Source: Dudresnaya verticillata
Lineage: Eukaryota
DNA: 64,000 nucleotides
Assembly: GCA_977862235.1 (NCBI GenBank)
Contig: OZ374565.1
Span: 1,984,001-2,048,000 of the forward strand
Reading direction: 5' to 3'
The notes beneath the pieces were generated by a model that was not told the origin of the DNA, made no database searches, and worked only from the letters and a program-made list of their open reading frames with translations. Numbering within the stretch: position 1 is the stretch's first letter; each line of letters starts with the position of its first letter. This document shows positions 24,209 through 33,719 of this stretch, piece by piece. The position numbers were made by a program, and so were the translations under genes.

Positions 24209-27200
24209 GCTCATCATCGGCGTATCTGCCGACTCGCCCAAGGTTTTCTTGGGATATCAAAAATGTTCCTTGGACAGATGGCAAAGGCAACCAAGAAGAG
24301 TACTCACTATCTGTTTCTTTATGGAATGCTTTCCATAACAGGCTCCCAGACTCTAACTCAAACAAGATACCCACGGAACTTCGTGGTATAATGCTTCAGT
24401 CCCAGCTTTATGGAAGAGCAAAAGATCTATGCAAATCCATTCCCGATACTGAGATCCAATCTGCTACTGGCTCAGAAGCTGTGGTGAATGCTGTATACAA
24501 ACGAGATGCACTCTCGGTTGTCAGTGAAGTTTACCAAAACTTTATTGCCCTATTGAGTACCAAGCGCGGAACCACGGAGACATACAAAAACTTCGAATCA
24601 AGATTCGACGCTCAAGTTTCCAGATTCAATGCTGGCTCCAGTACAACAAAGCTCCCAGAAGCCCTTACTGCTTTTATGCTACTTGCAAATTCTGCCGTGG
24701 ATAACGGTCAAAGAGTTTCTGTTCTTGCAGCAGCTTCGAACAACACAAATATAGCTCCTACAGCTACAACTGATGATTTTCTCGATTCAGTTTCATACGA
24801 GAAAGTAGCTTCTGTTCTAAGGCAGTGTGACCAAGTCATGACTGAGAATATTGGTCCCCTGTCTGCAAATGCTGTGAACACTCAGTTCAAAAGACCAAAC
24901 TTCCCAAGGAATCGCAGAAGGCTTACACCTGATCAGCTTGCAGATCTTAAAAGCCGCAGCAAATGTCGTAAGTGTCACAAATTCGGACACTGGCACTCTG
25001 ATCACACAGATGACGGTAAACTCAAGCCTGGAGTCAAGTCTACTGATAATCCTGCTCCTTCTGATGCAAAACCGAACACACAACCACCGAAGAAAACCAT
25101 GACCTTCAACATGGGTCATCTACTCGATTCCCACAATGAGATAAGCGAAGACTTTACAGGCCCCTTACTTGATGACGGTGGTCCGTACAGTGGTCTAGGG
25201 ATGTCCGAGTTTATGATACTGCAGCCCATTATCCTACCGGACTGGGAAGGCAATCTGGACCCTATACCCCAACAGCTTCAGTCTTGTGCCTTTTGGCAAT
25301 ACGGTGCAGGGCAACACTCCAGTGAGGCAAGGAGAATTCTCGGATCGGTCACTTTAATGGCTCGCACTGATAAGAACAACCTGGTGTCTATCCGACACCT
25401 AATCATTGAAGGCTCCTCGCAATGGATTATCGGCCGTAATGTCACGAAGCATTGTGACATTGTTCATGTTGGCGATAACAGGCTTGTTATGCCAACATCT
25501 GAAGATTCAATCGGTCTCCAAGACAATGGATTCCACAGTTACATACCCTATAACGTATTTCTACCGAACAGTTCCAACCTGTCATCCCGTGTCACGAACA
25601 AGTTCTATTGTGCCACTGCTCAGATCAACCAAAACCATGACACTCGTCCCTTTGGAGACATCAAGAAGATTGTTGATAAGGTCCATCAACACGTCTGTGG
25701 ACACTCTTCTTATTCTGATATCAAGATATTGCTCCAGCGAAACAAAATTTGGAATGCTGAAGTACAGAAATATTTGTCCCGTGTCCTGGATAGATGCTCA
25801 AGTTGTTTAACTACTTCTCAACCGAAAGACACCCGGAAGGTCTCACTAAGCTCCATGAGCAGGAACTTTAACGACGTTGTATGCATTGATCATTTCCACC
25901 TTGATATGAACCGTGTGTTTCATCTCATGGACTCTGCTTCAAGATATTCAACCGGCGATGTTGTAAGCACTATGACTATGACGGAAGCTATTAATTGTTT
26001 TGAATCTCTATGGATAACACCGTTCTGGACCCCCAAATGTGTTCTATTTGACCAAGCGTTCAACAATACCGAGTTCATACATTATCTGAAAAGTCAAGAC
26101 ATTGAAACTCGCCCTATACCTCCGCGTCGCCACAACAAAAATGTCATTGAATCTAAGCACAGAGTTATTCGAGATGTCTACCTACGCCTGAAAGAAGGAT
26201 GTACAAATGACTCTGCTGAGCACCAAAGACTCCTAGTGCAGCAGGCACTACGAATATCAAATGATCTGTACGGAAATGACGTATGTTCTGCTCATGAGTT
26301 GGCGAAAGGCTATACGAGACCTATAACATCCGGAGAATTTCCTGCACAAGTTCCTGAAGAAATTTCCAAGGCCCACGATGACCTCATGGCTAAGCGAAAA
26401 TTAACCCGCATCCTTCACTCCAAGTCAACTGCTGATATACCATTCAATGTTGGAGATACCGTACAAGTTTATATCAAAGAACAAAATGCCAAGCGCGGCA
26501 AGTGGTCATCTCCGAAGGTGATTTTATCGTTCGATAAAACGTCTGGAACCATTTCAGTTCCTGGAAAACGTGGACGCCAAGTCCAAGCAGCTGTTGAAGA
26601 TGTCCGTCCTGCCCTACCTGTGGATACACTAGGCAGTTCCATCCAAGAAGCAATTGATGCTCTCTCCAAAAGTCTGGATGACAGCATTGATGAGCTCTGT
26701 TCTAAAGAAGATGTGGCATCAAATGAAGAGCTTGAGACTACCACTATAGAGGAGGTTGGATACGAAAACGATGACGGAGATATTCTCAGCTCACACCCCG
26801 ACGTTGGTGACGTCATTGATGTATATTGGCCCCTCGACGATATGTTCTACACTGGAAAAGTGGCATCAATTAACGAAGATGACAACCAGTACAACATTGA
26901 TTACAATGATGGTGACAAAGAATGTCTCAAGTTATCGGATGAGACCTGGCGCTATAGCTCGGATGAAGCAATAGCAACCAACAACGTACAAATATCAGAT
27001 CAAACGCTCACAAGTTCTCTGCAAGAGGTTCTTGGGTCGTATACTCTTGCCTTCGGTCACAAAGATTTTATGCGCTACCAGGCTCAAGGGCTACCAACGT
27101 TTCCATTGTTAAATGCTTACAAAAAAGAAGAAGAGGCCTTTAAGAAAACAGTCAAGATGGTCCATGCTTCTGATATCCCAAAGCATGCAAATGTCATCAC

Positions 27201-28641
27201 AAGCCATGTGATATACAAAGTTAAGAATAATGATGATGGCTCGATGAAAATGAAAGCACGCATAGCGCCACATGGTAACAAGGACAAAGAACGCTTTCAG
27301 TTGAAAACAGACTCTTCAACCTGTCCGCCAACTGGTATTCGCATTTTGCTGTCCCTCGCTGCTCAGTTCAAGTGGTTCTTGGCCAAGATCGATTTTAAGA
27401 GCGCGTTTCTGCAAACAGGAGAAGCAAAGCGAGACGTCTATGTCGTTCCGCCACGAGAAAGCGACGACAAGCAGCACTATTGGTTGTTGCTGACTGCAGC
27501 ATATGGTCTTGTGAACGCCAATGCTAAGTGGCAGGAACAAAGTGACAATTTCTTAACATCGATCGGCCTCCGCCAACTCGTTTATGTTCCACAGTTGTTT
27601 TACAAGAAGGACGCAATTGGTTCATTGCAACTCGTTGCTGTCAAAATTGTGGACGATGTACTCTTTGCTGGTGACCAGTCAACTGTTCGGTCAACTATTG
27701 GAAAGATACAGGAGCGCTATGAGCTCGGGACAATTGTTTACGGTCCGGGCTCGTTCCTTTTCTTTGGCCTCCACATTGCTCAAGATGATGAATGCTCTAT
27801 AAGGATACAAGCTGATGACAAGTTGGAAAACTTAAACTGCTACCCCATTGATCGACAAAGAAGAAAGCAAGGAGATGAAGTTCTAAATGCTGTCGAAACT
27901 AGTTCCTTCCGATCAGTCAACAGCTCGATTGGATGGCTTGGAATTGCCGCGTCGCCATTCTGTGCCTTCTATGCCAGTCATCTACAGCAGAAGGTACCTC
28001 AAACCACTGTACACGATATGATCTATCAAATCAACTCTTTGAGACTGCTGCAAAAACTTGGAAGTACCATCATGTACAAGCGACCAGCAGATAAGAAAGA
28101 GTACCCTCTATCCGTTCTGATGTTTGCAGACGCTAGTCGCAGTTCTGACTATGGCCAGCTTGGTTTCATATCAGGTCTACTTATCGGTGACTTCGAAATG
28201 GGTTCTATATTCCATACACTTTCATGGTGTTCACACAAGTCAAAGAGACCAGTCAAATCTATTGGAGCTGCAGAAATACTAGCGTCTGGTGAAGCAATCG
28301 ATGAAGGCAAAGTTCTGGTTAGTGCCTACAAGACACTTCTCGACGTTGAAGTTGACCTGATGGTCGCTCTTGACTCCAAGGATTTATATGAGACTTTATC
28401 AACCTGCCGCAACTCCATTGATCGCTCTATTCGGGCAGATGTCAGCGTCATTCGATATGAGTTTGAGACGCACAAAGTGAATCGCATCATCTGGATTCCT
28501 GGCAAGACCAACCTTGCAGATCCACTCACTAAGGCTAACAGCCCGCTTGTTCAACCCTTACAGCTGACAATGTTTTCTGGAGAGCTCAGCATGAACTTCA
28601 CAGATAATCTCTTTCGCAACTCAAACCAGTTCACTGGTTAG
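24199..28641 (+). CDS. Copia-1 Gag-Pol polyprotein (1480 aa) with a Tudor-like insertion
   Basis: Knuckle CRKCHKFGHWHSDH; protease-like LLDDGG; IN HQHVCGH...CSSC and DDE core; RT KARIAPHG / DFKSAFLQ / YGL / IVDD; RNase H FADAS...NLADPLTK. Confidence 0.96.
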   Translation: MGPGSSSAYLPTRPRFSWDIKNVPWTDGKGNQEEYSLSVSLWNAFHNRLPDSNSNKIPTELRGIMLQSQLYGRAKDLCKSIPDTEIQSATGSEAVVNAVYKRDALSVVSEVYQNFIALLSTKRGTTETYKNFESRFDAQVSRFNAGSSTTKLPEALTAFMLLANSAVDNGQRVSVLAAASNNTNIAPTATTDDFLDSVSYEKVASVLRQCDQVMTENIGPLSANAVNTQFKRPNFPRNRRRLTPDQLADLKSRSKCRKCHKFGHWHSDHTDDGKLKPGVKSTDNPAPSDAKPNTQPPKKTMTFNMGHLLDSHNEISEDFTGPLLDDGGPYSGLGMSEFMILQPIILPDWEGNLDPIPQQLQSCAFWQYGAGQHSSEARRILGSVTLMARTDKNNLVSIRHLIIEGSSQWIIGRNVTKHCDIVHVGDNRLVMPTSEDSIGLQDNGFHSYIPYNVFLPNSSNLSSRVTNKFYCATAQINQNHDTRPFGDIKKIVDKVHQHVCGHSSYSDIKILLQRNKIWNAEVQKYLSRVLDRCSSCLTTSQPKDTRKVSLSSMSRNFNDVVCIDHFHLDMNRVFHLMDSASRYSTGDVVSTMTMTEAINCFESLWITPFWTPKCVLFDQAFNNTEFIHYLKSQDIETRPIPPRRHNKNVIESKHRVIRDVYLRLKEGCTNDSAEHQRLLVQQALRISNDLYGNDVCSAHELAKGYTRPITSGEFPAQVPEEISKAHDDLMAKRKLTRILHSKSTADIPFNVGDTVQVYIKEQNAKRGKWSSPKVILSFDKTSGTISVPGKRGRQVQAAVEDVRPALPVDTLGSSIQEAIDALSKSLDDSIDELCSKEDVASNEELETTTIEEVGYENDDGDILSSHPDVGDVIDVYWPLDDMFYTGKVASINEDDNQYNIDYNDGDKECLKLSDETWRYSSDEAIATNNVQISDQTLTSSLQEVLGSYTLAFGHKDFMRYQAQGLPTFPLLNAYKKEEEAFKKTVKMVHASDIPKHANVITSHVIYKVKNNDDGSMKMKARIAPHGNKDKERFQLKTDSSTCPPTGIRILLSLAAQFKWFLAKIDFKSAFLQTGEAKRDVYVVPPRESDDKQHYWLLLTAAYGLVNANAKWQEQSDNFLTSIGLRQLVYVPQLFYKKDAIGSLQLVAVKIVDDVLFAGDQSTVRSTIGKIQERYELGTIVYGPGSFLFFGLHIAQDDECSIRIQADDKLENLNCYPIDRQRRKQGDEVLNAVETSSFRSVNSSIGWLGIAASPFCAFYASHLQQKVPQTTVHDMIYQINSLRLLQKLGSTIMYKRPADKKEYPLSVLMFADASRSSDYGQLGFISGLLIGDFEMGSIFHTLSWCSHKSKRPVKSIGAAEILASGEAIDEGKVLVSAYKTLLDVEVDLMVALDSKDLYETLSTCRNSIDRSIRADVSVIRYEFETHKVNRIIWIPGKTNLADPLTKANSPLVQPLQLTMFSGELSMNFTDNLFRNSNQFTG

Positions 28642-28665
28642 ACTCAGCTAAGAAAGCGGGAGGAG

Positions 28666-29068
28666 AATGAAAACATTAATTGTCCTACGGTCGTATGCAT
28701 ACTGATGCAATCATTCTACAGTCGTATGCATACTGATGAAATGGATCTACAGTCGTATTAATACTCCAGATACTATTCTACGGTCGTATTCATGCTGACG
28801 AACCATGTTTATGTTTTATGTAGTTGTATTCACAATGGTTCTCAGTGAGCACTTTCTTCTAACTTTAGTCAACGGTCGTTTTACGTTTTAGAGGCAGTCT
28901 TCGCCTGCCTATAAGTACCGCCTAGTTCTCTCTTGTTCTACCCTCTCAACAGGACAACATTTTATCTACACAACACAATCTGATCTACTCTGTTCTGTAA
29001 ATCTACTGTTCCTCTGATACCGCTGCTACTGCCAACTTGCTACTGACCCAAATACCATTCCTTTTATT
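28666..29068 (+). repeat. Copia-1 3' LTR
   Basis: Direct repeat of 23793-24195, preceded by the purine tract AAGAAAGCGGGAGGAG. Confidence 0.95.
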
Positions 29069-29073
29069 GTGAT

Positions 29074-29420
29074 ACGGGTACAGGGGTCCACGCGTTTCTT
29101 CGGAAGGCGTTCTGCGAATGAAAGCTTGTGTTTTCGAGGTTGAGGTTTTTGTGCTCGTCACAGGATTGTCGACAAGCCCAACCACGGACTGTACCGCACA
29201 AAGGCGGGAGAATGTAAACGAGGGCATTCTGGTCTTGAAGGTTTCGTCCCAACGAAGCGGACCAGATGGCTTCAAGAGGGCAGGGTGCTGAGCCGTTTCC
29301 CGACGAGAATTTGGACGTCAGGAAAACGAGGTTTCAGGACCAATGGTCCAATCCACGTTGCACCTTCTCGAGTCGCTCGAAAATAAAAGCTCTTCTTCGT
29401 GTCTCAAAATACAATTTATA
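29074..29420. repeat. Repeat interrupted by Copia-1; second copy at 32177-32545
   Basis: ACGGGTACAGGGGTCCA.GCGTTTCTTCGGAAGGCGTTCTGCGAA through TCGCTCGAAAATA is shared between the two loci. Confidence 0.85.
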
Positions 29421-30036
29421 TATGTAGGGCGCCCCCCGAGAGAGTGCTAAGTGTATCTAGAGAGAATATCATTATCTGGGAGAGATCTACGGAATAATAG
29501 GAATATAAGAATATGTGTGGGAGACTTTAAACGAATAGGAAGATACATGAAGCATTTGTAAGGGTCGCATTATTGATACTGTGCAACTCAGAGAGATCCC
29601 GGATCGAAAGCAGTTTCGGTTGCTTAAAGATCTCGGCACACTACATCGTTCAATAAGTTAGAAAAGAGATCTTGAAGAATGAGTTTGTTTTGATGCATGT
29701 GCGCACAGCGTTAACCGAGCTGTTGTACACCTTTGCTATATTATCATTGTACTAGCAGACCGGCTCAGTACGAAATGGTTTGAGATTTGGCAAAGAAGAA
29801 TGCGATTTTATTAAGGCCCGATTACTAACAACCGTATGCTGCTCTGAACTCTTTGGTTTGACCCTGGTCCCATTCTTCAGCAAGCCTTTCCTCCAGGCCC
29901 CTCTTCGTCAAAAAAAGCCAGCAGTATCATTGTCTCAGTCATACCAGTACCTGAGCAGACTCGCCTCCTTTCAATGGTCTAACTATGTCTAGGGAAACTT
30001 TGAGTCGTGGTTGTGTACTATTGGTTGTCCTTCAGC

Positions 30037-30474
30037 TCACCATCCAAGGTCAATTCGAATATCTGGCTCGGGTGTCCCGTCTGCGGTTGTGGTTGTGGTT
30101 GTGGTTGTGGTTGTGGTTGTCGGCGTCGTCGTAGTTGTCGTCGTAGTCGGAGTTGTAGTAGTCGCGCTCGTGGTCGTCTTTCTGGTCCTAGTTGACGATG
30201 TCGGCGATCTAGTCCTTCGTGTGGTAGGTGGCCTTGTCGTCGGCCTGAGGGCGCACCTGCAAATTTCTGAGCCAACACAGGAGAATATTACCTGAGAGCA
30301 GGGGCAATACCCCCGGCACCATTCGGTCTTGGCACAATTATTCTCGGCGCAGTAGCCAAGGATCCCGCCGCGAATGCACCCTCCGCATATGTCGCCCACT
30401 TTTGCACTGGCTGTATCAAACTGCATGCAGAGAAGGACGAAGGAGCAAATACTCAACAGAATCTTCATCTTCAT
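30037..30474 (-). CDS. Secreted protein: Cys-rich domain plus Thr-rich mucin-like tail (145 aa)
   Basis: ATG at 30474 (MKMKILLSICSFVLLC...ASA); 10-Cys domain; poly-Thr tract; TATATAAA about 105 nt upstream (30573-30580). Confidence 0.78.
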   Translation of the reverse strand: MKMKILLSICSFVLLCMQFDTASAKVGDICGGCIRGGILGYCAENNCAKTEWCRGYCPCSQVIFSCVGSEICRCALRPTTRPPTTRRTRSPTSSTRTRKTTTSATTTTPTTTTTTTTPTTTTTTTTTTTTADGTPEPDIRIDLGW

Positions 30475-30929
30475 TACAAATGTTTCCAAACGTGCTTGTG
30501 AAACCGAAGCGACAGCAGGATTGGATGCTGCTCCGTCGTAGCCCACCGGCAGTGCAGTAGCTTTGGAGCTGCTTTATATACATCAGAAGGAGAGAATATA
30601 GTCCTGGGAATGCCACGAAAAGGCAACGAGTCGGTAGCGTAGAGCAACTGGATCGCATGGGTGTCTGCATATGGGTCTCCAATGCCAATGCTGATCCGAT
30701 AGGGTCAATCCAAACAAGCAAGGAGGCCATTACTCCACACGCTCGGCTGTTTCGTGAGCGTCAGCACTTTAATCCTCCTGCCTAGAGCTAGTTTGGGAGA
30801 AGTGCGAATTCATACAGAGTGTACTGTTTATACCGTTTTTGCTTCGTAGGAACAAGATCTGAGCTTGGTTGCAGACATTCGTGGGGTAGGAAAGTGTCAT
30901 AGTAGTGTACGTTCACTGTTGTTAAGATC

Positions 30930-31353
30930 AATGCAAGCACTGCCTTCTCCTATGCCTGAAGCGACCTAGCCCGCACCTTGGTACAGAGGAGGGAAACACA
31001 GTATGAGGAAGGAAGATATGAATAGAGAGGGTAGAACAGTAGATCAAAAGATAAAGTGAAATTGAATGTAATATAATAGTCATATGAGTTATCCGCTCTC
31101 AGACTTAGTAATGAAATATTGAGGGTTCTTATAGACTTGATACTTCTCAGCTTGAGATAGTAATCTAGTAGTTCAGAAAGTCTGGAAGACGATAGACGAT
31201 ACTACACTATTAGTGGAAGTCTGATGTGTTAGCAATACTGTATTGATCTGATATTGCATGCATGCAATGCAATAACTCTAAATAAATATCCATCAAGGAT
31301 ACAAGTTAGATAGCAACTCACTATTGAAACCTGGCCTCTCTCCCTCTGATACC
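30930..31353 (-). mobile_element. Probable LTR remnant with adjacent PPT
   Basis: Shares GAGAGGGTAGAACA with the reverse complement of the Copia-1 LTR; on the minus strand a purine tract AGAGGGAGAGAGG precedes TGAGTTG at 31320. Left boundary uncertain. Confidence 0.4.
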
Positions 31354-32176
31354 TCACCATCCCTGTCGACGTGGTATCACTAGTATGACCAGAGCACTCC
31401 CGAAGTCCTTACCTGCAAACACACACATACACACACATTATCTTTAAATTGCCAAAAGCTATACATGACCCTGTTCATATGTCTTGCTGTTGAAACACGC
31501 AGGCAGAGCGGAGAGTGTCCCGAAGCTTTGCCCCGGGCCCGGGCGTTTAACCTTTGGCCACTCCATGTTTTTGTTGCATTGAAATAGTCTGGTTCTTTGA
31601 AGTCTTCTGGGAAGGAAGAGTACAACCCCAATCCTTACAAAGCAGATCACCAAGTATCCCTTTAACCGCCAGATTGAGGGAAGTACCCTTAAACAAATCA
31701 GAAATTATCGACATGATGTTTTGTTTGGAGAGCCCATGGTTCAATGCGATGGGCCGCTTCAAGATACTCGAAACTCGTCACTGAATTTTACGGTGCCAAG
31801 GGTACCAAGGGTATCAAGGGTGGCCAGTATGTCAGAGAATCCTTGCAAACACCTAAACCTGTTTAGGTGTTTAGAAACATTCGTACTTAATAAATATCGC
31901 TGGGATGGATAGTTGATCCAATAGAATAGTTACGTGACACAGAGGAAGAGTACCCTAGCTTGAAGGCTCCATGACTTTTAAGCGCATATGGGGTACAGAC
32001 ATTGCGCTTTTTTTCAAAAACAACGAAGACAAGACACGCACAAACCTGTGGTAGTAATTTCTGCATTGAATGGGATCTGTAAATCTTCACGTATCCCGTG
32101 TACAACCATATTCGCAGTGATGTGGCGTTCTTCAGCGATGCATCTAGGATTTAAACGATTGAAGTGAGACAATCAC

Positions 32177-32545
32177 GCCGAGAAGCATAGCGACGGGTAC
32201 AGGGGTCCATGCGTTTCTTCGGAAGGCGTTCTGCGAACGGAAGCTTGTGTTTTCGAGGTTGAGGCTTTTGTGTTCGTCACGGGACTGTCGACAAACTGGA
32301 CTGTACCGCACTAAGGCGGGAGTATGTCAACGAGGGCATTTTGGCCTTGAAGGTTCCGCCCCAACGAAGCGGGCCAGATGCTTTCAAGAGGGCGGGGTGC
32401 TGAGCCGTTTCGCGACGAGAATTTGGACGTCAGGAAGACCAGCTTTCAGGACCTGTCACAGGACCAGTGGTCCAATCCACGTTGCACCCTCTCGAATCGC
32501 TCGAAAATAGAACCTCTTCTTCGTGCTTTGAAATACAACTTCTAA
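32177..32545. repeat. Uninterrupted copy of the repeat that hosts Copia-1
   Basis: GCCGAGAAGCATAGCGACGGGTACAGGGG joins the left and right flanks of Copia-1. Confidence 0.85.
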
Positions 32546-33719
32546 ATGGCTGCTGTCTTCGTCCATACCGACTCATTAAATCCCTAGTATGCAAAATTCT
32601 GATTATTCTAATAACTACTTCGAGGGCCATCTGAGCAACCTTCTTGCTACCGACGCCGGTGCTGTGCGCTCAAAACTGTTGTAACCGCACACAAGCGTTG
32701 GTTCACCCGCCTTTCTGTGACGGTAGGGCTGGTGCTGCTCTGTAGCGAGCCAGAGTAGACAACAATCCACAGTTCAGAACACCAAAAGCTCCTGTAGCAG
32801 ATTTATGGAATGTTCGTCTTGATAGTTCTGACTTGAGAGCAAAACTCCTCTCCCTGATCCTGCGCCTAAAGTACCCATCACCCTCTAACCAAACATCGTG
32901 TGCTATCATTATTAAGAACAAGTACAGTGTTCGCGCCCCTTCCGACTACCCCTCCACCTTCGGGTTACTTGTATTTGGCTAAAATAGAGGTTGTGTTTGT
33001 CGTTTTAGTCCAGTCAAACACCCACTACCCCTTTAGTACTTTCGATGTTCGTTCAAGTATGTGCATGTCGCGGTGTGTCGAGACGCATTTTCATAGATGC
33101 GCGGTCATTTCCCGATCAAGTTATCCCCCATGACCCATGACATCGGAGCACTATGCTTTATACGTGCAGTCTCCAAAATCTCGGGAGAGGAGTCCTCCAT
33201 CGTGACGGGAGTTGCGAAAATTGGTAGGTACCTACTTGAGTTCACCTTAAAAGCCAGTCGATTCCTATCATCGCTAGTGAACGCCGTTCTGTTCATCCGC
33301 GCTGGATACCACTTTAGAAAGCCCTGCGTACCGTACTACCCCTACCCGATTCCACATATGTCGTAGACGGGCATTATCCTGGTGACGAGCTGTGTTGCGG
33401 AATTTGATGCCTTCACTTAAGGGAGAATGACATGGACATGGTTGCGGTTGCGCAACGCCGGCTGAAGGCACGGACAGCGCGACCGCGACGAAAGCCAAGC
33501 CGCCTGGCCAATCGTTGCGCTTGTCTGAGGCGTTGTACTGGCGCGCATCTATTCTCCGCAGTGTACGGGTGCTCGCGGGGGTTGGCTGCTTGTTCGCCGT
33601 GAGAACTGCGTCGTCTTCGCGAAGCGCTCAAGGCCATCTGAAACATAAGTCTCTCATTTATTACAACGATACGTGATCCATTCGGTCTGCCACCCAACAC
33701 GGCAGCCACCGTTCTCTCG

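Larger units (their letters stand above)
23793..29068 (+). mobile_element. Full-length, intact Ty1/Copia LTR retrotransposon (Copia-1)
   Basis: Two 403-bp LTRs that appear identical; GTGAT TSD at 23788-23792 and 29069-29073; PBS; polypurine tract (PPT); single ORF in gag-PR-IN-RT-RH order. Confidence 0.97.

Noticed and set aside
30007..30295. Poly-CG, poly-V and QP-repeat ORFs
   Set aside because: Other frames of the poly-Thr (ACAACC)n tract.
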